Below, piece after piece: positions 55,823 through 64,000 of a stretch of 64,000 bases of DNA; position 1 is the first letter of the stretch, and each line of letters starts with the position of its first letter. A program made the translations under genes and the position numbers. Where the stretch lies: positions 106,802 through 170,801 of the IMG/VR virus record IMGVR_UViG_3300030060_007423, one strand, 5' to 3'. The notes under the pieces are model-generated. The model saw only the letters and a list, made by a program, of their open reading frames with translations. It was not told the origin of the DNA and did no database searches. Origin of the DNA: a virus.

Positions 55823-58800
55823 ATGGCAAACTCTGCTGTTGTACGGAGGCTAGACCTCAAACCCACATACATAACAGATACATCTGACAATTCAGCGGAT
55901 TTCTTTAGGGTTACGGAAATACCTAGTGTGTTTAAGTTAGGTACAAACACCATAAAGATTAATCCAAACCCTGAACAATTGATTGCAGGTTCTACTGTTG
56001 AATTTGAAGTATTAGATTCTAGACTTTTAGCTCTTCCAGTTAAATTACTACCAGGTGTTGACGGTTCAGGAAGACGAACTGTTGAAATAGAAGTTGTAGA
56101 TGATACACCACCTGAAGAAGTAACAATTACAATCGTTGGTGATTTAAGACCAGAATTTTTACCTCGTGGATTTGATCCAGTTAGAAGTATAAAGTGGTCA
56201 AGACGAATAATAGCTGACCCACTTGAGGTAACAATTGAAGGTAGTACTTCAGGTTCATTATTGTCAGGGTCTATGTTTATTGGAAATGGATTTGATTCTG
56301 GACTTCAAATAAAGGGCGACAATGCTGGTGCATTTATAAGATCACAAGGATATTTTGGATTTGATAATGCAACAACTGGAACAGGCACAGGCTTTTTAAT
56401 TTATAGTGGTTCAGTCTTACCTAACAGTGGTGACAATTATGGTGGTGTAGGTTTAGAAATGGTTATTGACCAAAATAGCTTTTTCAAATATAGGTCATCA
56501 GATAGCTCAATAGATATACGAACTGAAAAATTCTTTTTTGGTAGCTCTTCACAATTTATATCAGGTTCAGATGGACAAATAGAAATATCATCTTCAAACT
56601 TTCACCTAAATAAAGATGGTGAAGTTATTATGCAAGGAACAATAACTGCACAAGCTGGTGGTGACATTGGTGGGTGGCATGTTGGCACAAGCATACTGTC
56701 ATCTAGTAACAATACAGTTAGGTTAGACCCAGATGGTCCATACTATATATCATCATCAGGATTTCAAGTTGATGGTGCAGGTGGTATAACTGCAAGTGCA
56801 GGCTTAATTGGTGGTTGGGAATTACCAACAGATTCTGATGGGTTATTTGCAACAGATGCAAATGGTGGAGTCGTAATGGATTCCAGTGCAAAGATTCTTA
56901 GAATATTAACTGGTAGTGCAACTACTGATGTTATTATAGGAATAGGTCAAATTGCGTCAAATAAGTATGGAATCATTGGTAAAAAGTTTGGAACAAACAA
57001 TACTACATTCAAACTAGGTGAAGACGGAAATGAAATAGCAGGTATAACGTTTGATGACGGAAAATTACACGTAGGAACAACATATCATATATCAGCATCC
57101 ACAAATGCAGAAGATGCAACTGGGTTTATAAGTTCATCACAATTCAAAGTTTCACCTAGTGGCCGAATGACAGGTTCTGAAGTTCTTCTTGGTAATAAAG
57201 CAGGTGGAAACTTTTTACAATTTGCTGGCAGTACATTAACGGTACAAGGAACTATTACAGCTGATAACATTCGTACACCAGCACAAATAGGCGGTTCACC
57301 ATCAACTGAAGCAAATGCTTCTGCATCCATAAAGTCAGATGGTTTTGCAAGATTTGTTTCAGCAAGTATTGGTGGTTGGAGTGTAAATGAAGGTACACTA
57401 ACAGATATTAGTGGAGCTGTTAAACTTGATTCACAAGGACCATATTTTATATCGTCATCAGGATTTCAAATAGATGAAACAGGTGCTATGACTGCAAGTG
57501 CAGGTAACATTGGTGGATTTGTAATAGATAGTAATTCTATAACATCAACTGGAATTGCAATTAGGTCAGGAGATGCAATAGAACTTGGAAGTGCAACGGC
57601 AATTGATTCAGGCCAAGGAATATGGTTAGGAAACAGTGGATACTTCAGAGCAGGAAATCCTGCAGGACAACAGGTAAAATTTGATGGTACAAACTTAACT
57701 CTTAGTTCATCTGCATTTTATCTTGGAGGTGGTGGCCAATTTGTATCAGGTTCATCTGGAAATATTGAAATAAGTTCATCAGGATTTCACTTAAAACCTG
57801 CAGGTGATGTTGTAATAAGTGGGTCAATAACTGCTAATCAAGGTTCAATTGCAAATTGGACTATTGCTCAAGGTTTCTTATATTCACTATCACAATCTTT
57901 AATAACGATAGGTCTTGACAGTAGTACTAATGGTGGTAGAATATTTGTGAAGGGTGGTACTTTTGGAATGACAGGTATTCAATTGGATTACAATAATGGA
58001 ACACCAAGATTCCATGTTGGTCAAGCAAATGGTCCATTTATGAAATTTGATGGTGCTGAAGTTGATATAAGTTCATCAGGATTTTATCTTGGAGGTGGAG
58101 GACAGTTTATATCAGGCTCATCTGGAAATATTGAAATAAGTTCATCTGGTTTTCATCTTAATAATGAAGGTAATATATCCGCAAGTGGTGTACACCTATC
58201 AGGTAACATTACAGCAGATGCAGGTAATATTGGTGGATTGTCAATTGGGAACTCTTCATTATCAGTTGGTACAACATTTCAAATTTCATCTTCAGCAAAT
58301 GCAGAAGATCCAGTTGGATTTATAAGTTCAAGTAAGTTTAAGGTAAGTCCTGACGGTGACATAACTGGTAGTTCAGTGTTATTAGGTGACAAGGCTGGTG
58401 GAAACTTTTTAGAATTTGCTGGTAGTACAATGACTGTGCAAGGAACTATCACGGCTGATAATATACGAACACCGGCGCTAATAGGTGGTTCAACATCAAC
58501 AGAGGCTAATGCATCATCTTCTATAAAGGCAGATGGTTTTGCAAGATTTGTTTCAGGTTCAGTTGGTGGAATAAAATTTGATACAGGAAAACTTTTTGTA
58601 CCAGGCGGTGCAGGATTTAATATATTCCACATATCAGCATCTACAAATGCAGAAGATCCAGTTGGATTTATAAGTTCAAGTAATTTTTCAATTAGTCCAA
58701 GTGGAAGGTTAACAGGTAGTAATGTATTATTTGATGGTGGTACTATTGGAGGATTTACTTTAGGAACCGAAAAGATTTCAAGTACAGGTGTACATATAAG

Positions 58801-61800
58801 TTCAAGCTACGGTGTCAAAGTATTTACACCATCCACTCCAAATACAAACTTTGTTGAAATGAAATACCTAAATGATAATGCGTATGGTATTAGGGCAGTA
58901 AGTGCAAGTAATACTGTATTTCAGTTAGGAAAGGATAACCAAATAGCTGGTTGGGAATTTGATAACGAAAAAATTCAAGGTGGTGATTTAATATTAAGAA
59001 AGGAAGGAACAATTGAGAGTGATGGGTTTGTTTCCAACTTGGCTGGTTCAGGATTTAGATTAACAGCTGTTAGTGGTGGATTTTTGGAAGTTGAAAATGC
59101 AAGAATCCGTGGTACATTATCAACGGCTGTATTTGAGAAAGAAACTGTTAATGCAGTTGGTGGACAATTATATGTTGCAAATTCAACAACATTAACATCG
59201 TCAGCAAACCATCCTGGTGCATTTCATAGTTCAACAGATACAACAATGTCAGTTGCAAATGTTTCAGGATTTGCTATAGGTGAAATCCTAAGTCTTAAAA
59301 AGGTATCACCAACTGGATTTTCAACTGAATATGTTAAAATATTATCTGCTTCACGTGATGATGCTGGAAGTGCAACAAACTTTGGTGGACTAATAACAGT
59401 TACTAGAGGATATAGTGGTTCAGCTCCACAAGGAACAGGCTCTCTAGGTGAAGCGGCTGGACCAGCACAATCATATACAGGTTCACAGGTTGTTGTATCA
59501 ACAGGAAAGGTTGGAACTGGGTACATTAGATTAAATGCTAATCCAAACGACCCAGCCACACCATATATGCAAATTGTTGAAAGAACTGGAAGTGGTATTT
59601 ATGATGTACAACTCCGTGCACAAGTAGGTGACTTATCAGGTATCACGGATAGTAGATTTAGTGATGATGTAACTGGTCATGGTATATATACTGAAAATGG
59701 TTATTTTGCAGGTAAAATTGAAATAGGTTCACAACCATCTCAACCCCCACAAGATAGATTATTACTTCACTACAATTTTGGTCAAAATACTGGAAGTAAA
59801 ATATTAAGTCAAACTCCAAATGGAATAACTGCTTCGTTTAGTACACTTACTAAAGCAGACCTTAAAAAATTAGGTGCTGTTGAAATCACAGCATCAGGTA
59901 CAGAGCTTCAAGGTCCAAAAAGTTTCTTTGCAAATGAATTTACATCATCAGCAGCGGCAGGTTCAAATGCCTTTTCTGCAGGTTATCGTTTTCAATTAAA
60001 ATCTGCAAACATTGATAAAAATGTTTTTCTTACACGTAACTATCCACGATTTGTTGTTTACAAACAATCAAATGATAGAATAAACGTTAGAATATATAGT
60101 AGTTCAATTGACCAAACATTTGGAAATATGTCAGGAAGTACACCTGCACAAACCATTAGTTTTAGTACAAGTGTAAACGACCAAATAGAGGCAGATACTT
60201 TGTACCATGTATTTGTAACAGCAAAAGAAAATGATAAAGCAGAGATTTATTTATATAATGTTGATTCAGGTTCTTTAATTGAACATGTAACAGAATCACT
60301 TTCTGGATTTAAGTTTGGTTGGCCATATCACTCAGCATCTATTACTGGTTCTATAGCATATGAAGAATGGGAACACGGTGCTCCAGGTTGGGCAGGTTCA
60401 AACAATGAAAGCCTTCAAGGATCTTTTCATGATATACGATACTATAGAAATCATGTATTAACGGCTAGGGAAACTGAAGCAATCATGATGAACCAGGATT
60501 CTACAACTGGTGGTACAATTATTGAAGGTGACCAAATAACAACAGGTAAAATAAAATCAAATAATTATGGTGGCGGTGAAGGTTCAAAATTTGACCTTGA
60601 TGATGGTACATTCAAAATGGGCGGCCGGGACAATCCTAAATTAGAATTTGATGGAAGTACACTTACCGTAGATGGAACAATATCAGCAAGTGCAGGTAAC
60701 ATTGGTGGATTTAATATTGATGCTCATAGTATATCCCACCCAACTGTTATGGAAATAAATGACTTATCACAAACACTATTTATTAGTTCAAGTAATTTTA
60801 AGGTTAGTCACTTTGGTAATGTAACTGCAAGTAATGTTGATTTATCTGGTAAAATAACAGCAGATGAAGGTGAAATTGGTGGATTTACAATTGATGCTCA
60901 TAGTATTAGGTCTGAACACGCAAGTGGTAATGTTGAAATAAATGATACTACCCAGGCACTATTTCTTAGCTCAAGTAATTTCCAAGTAAGTCATGCTGGA
61001 AATATAACTGCAAGTAATATTGATTTATCTGGAAAGATAAGTTCATCAGTTGGTTCAATTGGTGGATTTAATATTGCAGCTGGTGAATTTAATGGTGGTG
61101 CTGGAACAATAAAAATGTCGGCAGCTGATAAAGCAATCACTCTTGGTTCAAGTGATGACATTATGGTTTTAGATGCAGATGTTGGTATTCATTTAGGTAG
61201 TTCATCATTTAATGAAGCACCTTTCCATGTAAATATGGATGGAGAAATACAAGCAAGGACAGGTAACATTGGTGGATTTACACTTGGCTCAACATCATTA
61301 AATTCTGGTACTAGTGTAAAAATAGCAAATGCAAGTGATGCATCAAATTTATTTTTAAGTTCAAGTAATTTCAAAGTAAGCCATGCTGGTAATATAACTG
61401 CAAGTAATGTCGCAATGTCAGGTAATGTCACTGCAACCGCAGGTACTATAGGTGGATGGACAGTTGGCTCAACACTATCAGCTGGTTCAGGACTAACTTC
61501 AATTTTATTAGACCCGTCAACCCCAAGAATAACGCTAGGACCAAAAGGATCACTATCAGATGGTAATCACGGTGTATACATTGGAACTGATGGAATTTCT
61601 ATTGGTGCAAATGTTTCTGAAAAGGCCGTGTTTAGTATTGACGCATCAGGCTCAATGACTTCAAAAACTGGAACAGTTGGTGGATGGACACTATCAGATA
61701 CTACACTTACTGGTGGTACAATAACATTGGATTCTGCAACACCACAAATTAATGTTGCACTTGACGGAACAGAAGGTGGTGCTGGATTAGTTGGTTCAAT

Positions 61801-62803
61801 TAGAATGAAAACAGGTGTAGGTTCTACATCAAGTGGTGGACTAAAATCTCCACTATTACAATTAATAAGTGGTTCTAGTAATATTATTTGGGAAATGACA
61901 AATGAAATCCACTTTACTCCAGGTGCAGCAGCGACTGGTGATTGTGGTATTATAACAGGTGGAAATAGTAATTCAGATTTTAGACCTGCAATGATTTTCC
62001 TAAATAGTAATGTTGGTACAACAGGTGCACAACACGTTAGAGGAGCTATTTCTGCAAGAAGGTATCCTGGTGATAACCTACACTCAAATTATACAGGTTC
62101 AGTTAATGGTGTCAATGGTATATCTGCAATATTTGGTGAATACAGGCATGACCAAGGAAAGGTTGATTTACCAACAAATACTTCTCACTTTGGAACGGCA
62201 CCTGCAGCTATTTGGGGCCACCAAGAATCTATTGGTAATGATGCTCAAGGATTTAAGCATGGTGTAAGGGCAACTATTGACCAATTAGCATCTGGTGAAA
62301 ATGATTCATCTACTGCATGTTTCTATGCATACAATAATCAAATAAGTAATGATGGAGGTGAAGGAACAGGAACATATCACTTTACGTTCTATGGTGAAGG
62401 TGCATCATCAGGTGGAAGAGGTTCTGTAATGTTTAATGAGGGTACTATATTTAGTGCAGCCGATGTCGTTGCATATAGTGGAGTGTCTGCTGCATCTGAT
62501 ATAAGATTAAAGAAAAACAGAAGAAAACTTATTGACCCACTTGCAACTGTATTAAAATTAAAAGGTGCAAAGTTTGAATGGAAAAAAGATGACAAAACAG
62601 ATATAGGATTCATTGCACAAGAAGTTGAAACAATAATTCCAGAAATTGTAAAAACAAATGACTTTGATATGAACACAGGCGTCAAGGACATGAAGACAGT
62701 TGAGTATGGAAAGTTGGCACCATATTTGGTTGAGGCAATAAAGGAACAACAAAAACAAATTGATGAACTAAAACAACAAATAAAAAAATTGGAGAATAAA
62801 TAA
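55823..62803 (+). CDS. Giant tail fibre with internal repeats, LamG-like domain and C-terminal peptidase S74 chaperone
   Basis: Repeated (A/G)xIGG(W/F) and ISSSxF units; LLHYNF...GSFHDIRYY; SDIRLKKN...IGFIAQEVE...YLVEAIKEQQKQI. Confidence 0.85.
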   Translation: MANSAVVRRLDLKPTYITDTSDNSADFFRVTEIPSVFKLGTNTIKINPNPEQLIAGSTVEFEVLDSRLLALPVKLLPGVDGSGRRTVEIEVVDDTPPEEVTITIVGDLRPEFLPRGFDPVRSIKWSRRIIADPLEVTIEGSTSGSLLSGSMFIGNGFDSGLQIKGDNAGAFIRSQGYFGFDNATTGTGTGFLIYSGSVLPNSGDNYGGVGLEMVIDQNSFFKYRSSDSSIDIRTEKFFFGSSSQFISGSDGQIEISSSNFHLNKDGEVIMQGTITAQAGGDIGGWHVGTSILSSSNNTVRLDPDGPYYISSSGFQVDGAGGITASAGLIGGWELPTDSDGLFATDANGGVVMDSSAKILRILTGSATTDVIIGIGQIASNKYGIIGKKFGTNNTTFKLGEDGNEIAGITFDDGKLHVGTTYHISASTNAEDATGFISSSQFKVSPSGRMTGSEVLLGNKAGGNFLQFAGSTLTVQGTITADNIRTPAQIGGSPSTEANASASIKSDGFARFVSASIGGWSVNEGTLTDISGAVKLDSQGPYFISSSGFQIDETGAMTASAGNIGGFVIDSNSITSTGIAIRSGDAIELGSATAIDSGQGIWLGNSGYFRAGNPAGQQVKFDGTNLTLSSSAFYLGGGGQFVSGSSGNIEISSSGFHLKPAGDVVISGSITANQGSIANWTIAQGFLYSLSQSLITIGLDSSTNGGRIFVKGGTFGMTGIQLDYNNGTPRFHVGQANGPFMKFDGAEVDISSSGFYLGGGGQFISGSSGNIEISSSGFHLNNEGNISASGVHLSGNITADAGNIGGLSIGNSSLSVGTTFQISSSANAEDPVGFISSSKFKVSPDGDITGSSVLLGDKAGGNFLEFAGSTMTVQGTITADNIRTPALIGGSTSTEANASSSIKADGFARFVSGSVGGIKFDTGKLFVPGGAGFNIFHISASTNAEDPVGFISSSNFSISPSGRLTGSNVLFDGGTIGGFTLGTEKISSTGVHISSSYGVKVFTPSTPNTNFVEMKYLNDNAYGIRAVSASNTVFQLGKDNQIAGWEFDNEKIQGGDLILRKEGTIESDGFVSNLAGSGFRLTAVSGGFLEVENARIRGTLSTAVFEKETVNAVGGQLYVANSTTLTSSANHPGAFHSSTDTTMSVANVSGFAIGEILSLKKVSPTGFSTEYVKILSASRDDAGSATNFGGLITVTRGYSGSAPQGTGSLGEAAGPAQSYTGSQVVVSTGKVGTGYIRLNANPNDPATPYMQIVERTGSGIYDVQLRAQVGDLSGITDSRFSDDVTGHGIYTENGYFAGKIEIGSQPSQPPQDRLLLHYNFGQNTGSKILSQTPNGITASFSTLTKADLKKLGAVEITASGTELQGPKSFFANEFTSSAAAGSNAFSAGYRFQLKSANIDKNVFLTRNYPRFVVYKQSNDRINVRIYSSSIDQTFGNMSGSTPAQTISFSTSVNDQIEADTLYHVFVTAKENDKAEIYLYNVDSGSLIEHVTESLSGFKFGWPYHSASITGSIAYEEWEHGAPGWAGSNNESLQGSFHDIRYYRNHVLTARETEAIMMNQDSTTGGTIIEGDQITTGKIKSNNYGGGEGSKFDLDDGTFKMGGRDNPKLEFDGSTLTVDGTISASAGNIGGFNIDAHSISHPTVMEINDLSQTLFISSSNFKVSHFGNVTASNVDLSGKITADEGEIGGFTIDAHSIRSEHASGNVEINDTTQALFLSSSNFQVSHAGNITASNIDLSGKISSSVGSIGGFNIAAGEFNGGAGTIKMSAADKAITLGSSDDIMVLDADVGIHLGSSSFNEAPFHVNMDGEIQARTGNIGGFTLGSTSLNSGTSVKIANASDASNLFLSSSNFKVSHAGNITASNVAMSGNVTATAGTIGGWTVGSTLSAGSGLTSILLDPSTPRITLGPKGSLSDGNHGVYIGTDGISIGANVSEKAVFSIDASGSMTSKTGTVGGWTLSDTTLTGGTITLDSATPQINVALDGTEGGAGLVGSIRMKTGVGSTSSGGLKSPLLQLISGSSNIIWEMTNEIHFTPGAAATGDCGIITGGNSNSDFRPAMIFLNSNVGTTGAQHVRGAISARRYPGDNLHSNYTGSVNGVNGISAIFGEYRHDQGKVDLPTNTSHFGTAPAAIWGHQESIGNDAQGFKHGVRATIDQLASGENDSSTACFYAYNNQISNDGGEGTGTYHFTFYGEGASSGGRGSVMFNEGTIFSAADVVAYSGVSAASDIRLKKNRRKLIDPLATVLKLKGAKFEWKKDDKTDIGFIAQEVETIIPEIVKTNDFDMNTGVKDMKTVEYGKLAPYLVEAIKEQQKQIDELKQQIKKLENK
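57070..58690 (+). repeat. Intragenic duplications in the tail fibre
   Basis: ISAS(T/A)NAED..GFISSS near 57085, 58280 and 58630; GxKAGGNFLxFAGS...ADNIRTPA block twice; FYLGGGGQFxSGSSGNIEISSSGFHL twice. Confidence 0.75.
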
Positions 62804-63519
62804 TGCCATCAACTGGGGATACATTATCTTTAGGAGCTTTAGGAAATGCTGTTGATGCAAATGCAAACAGTACTACACAAACTGCATTGGCAAAAGATGG
62901 TGCAGGAAGTCCAGGTACTTTAACAAAACTTAGTGACTTTGCTGTTTCAAGTATTACTGGACCAATAATAAGTGATACAACTCCAAATGAAGGACAATCA
63001 TATATAATAACTGTTCAATTTGGAACAGTTGGTTCAAAGTTTCTTTCAAGAATTGCTAGTCTTACTAGTAATTTTGTTTGGCAAGAGGTAAGTAATACAA
63101 GTAAATATACACTTACAATATCATCAGATTATACCGCAGGTTGTACTATGAGCAGTGTATCATCCAACCAGAGTTGTACAATTAAATGTAAATTCAATGA
63201 TGGGTTTAACCACCATGCAACAAATTGGGGTACATTTATAAATGAATCTTTTACAATTCAAAATCTAGGCGGCGGGGCCGGCGGTGGAAAGTCAGACATC
63301 AGATTAAAAGAAAATATAGATTTCATTGGTTATTCTAAATCAAATATTCCAATATATGAATTTAACTATATTGGAAAACCTGAAAGATATCAGGGTACAA
63401 TGGCTCAGGATTTATTAAATATGAATCTAGGTGATGCGGTTGTATTAGACAATGATGGTTACTTTAATGTATTGTATAATAAAATTGATGTTGAATTCAA
63501 ACAATTAGAAATAGCATAA
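62803..63519 (+). CDS. Tail-associated protein with C-terminal S74-type chaperone domain
   Basis: GGGAGGGK-SDIRLKENI...IYEFNY...GTMAQDL...VLYNKIDV. Confidence 0.8.
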   Translation: MPSTGDTLSLGALGNAVDANANSTTQTALAKDGAGSPGTLTKLSDFAVSSITGPIISDTTPNEGQSYIITVQFGTVGSKFLSRIASLTSNFVWQEVSNTSKYTLTISSDYTAGCTMSSVSSNQSCTIKCKFNDGFNHHATNWGTFINESFTIQNLGGGAGGGKSDIRLKENIDFIGYSKSNIPIYEFNYIGKPERYQGTMAQDLLNMNLGDAVVLDNDGYFNVLYNKIDVEFKQLEIA

Positions 63520-64000
63520 TGTCGTCATATACCAAAATAGATAATTATTATATTATAGAAAATGTAATAACAGATGTTCAGATAAATCAACTACTTGAGT
63601 GGTTTGAATCCATAGAATCCACAACAACAGTTACTCATGGTGGTGATTGGGATACGTCATCTACATCCATAGTTCGACTAGAATGTCCTTATAGAACTAA
63701 ATCTGTAATTGGTGTACCGTATGATACATTTCCATTTATGAAAGAAATATTTACCAATATGTTTGCTGCTGTCATTGATTCAGACTTTTCACTGGAAGGT
63801 CCACCGTACCTTGCTAGGTATGATGTAGGTGACAGGCATAGTACTCATGTAGATAAAAATGACACCTGGCCAAACAGACATTGGCTAGCAAGTATTCAAT
63901 TATCAGACCCTAATTTATATCAAGGAGGTGATCTTTATGTAGATAGGAGCTATGGTGACTTTACAGTTTACGGGCCACGAGATAAGGGCTGTGGTATAAT
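63519..64000 (+). CDS. 2OG-Fe(II) oxygenase (3'-truncated)
   Basis: Read manually from ATG 63519: YIIENVIT...LARYDVGDRHSTHVD...SIQLSDPNLYQGGDL. Confidence 0.8.
   Translation, partial: MSSYTKIDNYYIIENVITDVQINQLLEWFESIESTTTVTHGGDWDTSSTSIVRLECPYRTKSVIGVPYDTFPFMKEIFTNMFAAVIDSDFSLEGPPYLARYDVGDRHSTHVDKNDTWPNRHWLASIQLSDPNLYQGGDLYVDRSYGDFTVYGPRDKGCGI

Noticed and set aside
437-62758. All minus-strand ORFs in the ORF track
   Set aside because: They are antisense shadows of well-supported + strand genes or RNAs, with no recognisable motifs; every promoter motif found points +
55823-63519. Diversity-generating retroelement acting on the fibre repeats
   Set aside because: No reverse transcriptase in the window, and the repeat differences are not adenine-specific
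1-64000. Stop-codon reassignment (TAG/TGA recoding seen in some large phages)
   Set aside because: Conserved genes are full-length in code 11, and TAG/TGA end genes at expected positions followed by new RBS/starts

Overview
A 64-kb segment of a large, AT-rich, myovirus-type (T4-like/jumbo) phage genome. Essentially all genes are on the + strand and read in the standard code. The host is probably Bacteroidota/FCB, most likely aquatic: an outer-membrane protein has a Q-rule signal peptide, there is a DUF4494-like gene, promoter cores are TAnnTTT-like, and the tmRNA tag starts with GE. Layout: 0-7 kb probable head-packaged/internal proteins; 7-35 kb accessory, early and metabolic genes (beta-barrel, cytidylyltransferase, 5'-nucleotidase, ATP-dependent ligase, dCMP deaminase, MoxR AAA + VWA pair, tRNA-Arg, SET domain, GIY-YIG, UvsE, Hsp20, ClpP, lysozyme-like, HD protein); 35 kb gp55-like sigma factor; 36-51 kb baseplate/tail module; 51-56 kb endonuclease I, primase and fused Mre11-Rad50; 56-64 kb tail fibres with S74 chaperones and a partial 2OG-Fe(II) oxygenase. 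The strongest unexpected signals are non-coding: (1) a compact, circularly permuted (two-piece) tmRNA gene, tag GEQVEMAMAA*, near phage ClpP and Hsp20; (2) three genes (beta-barrel, AAA ATPase, Hsp20) each bracketed by complementary 5'/3' flanks that would close the mRNA into a loop; (3) a pair of GC-rich inverted elements 6.5 kb apart enclosing an early region, with a multibranch structured element inside; (4) DnaA-box-like motifs tied to one promoter class. All calls are by eye from motifs and base-pairing; no searches were run.
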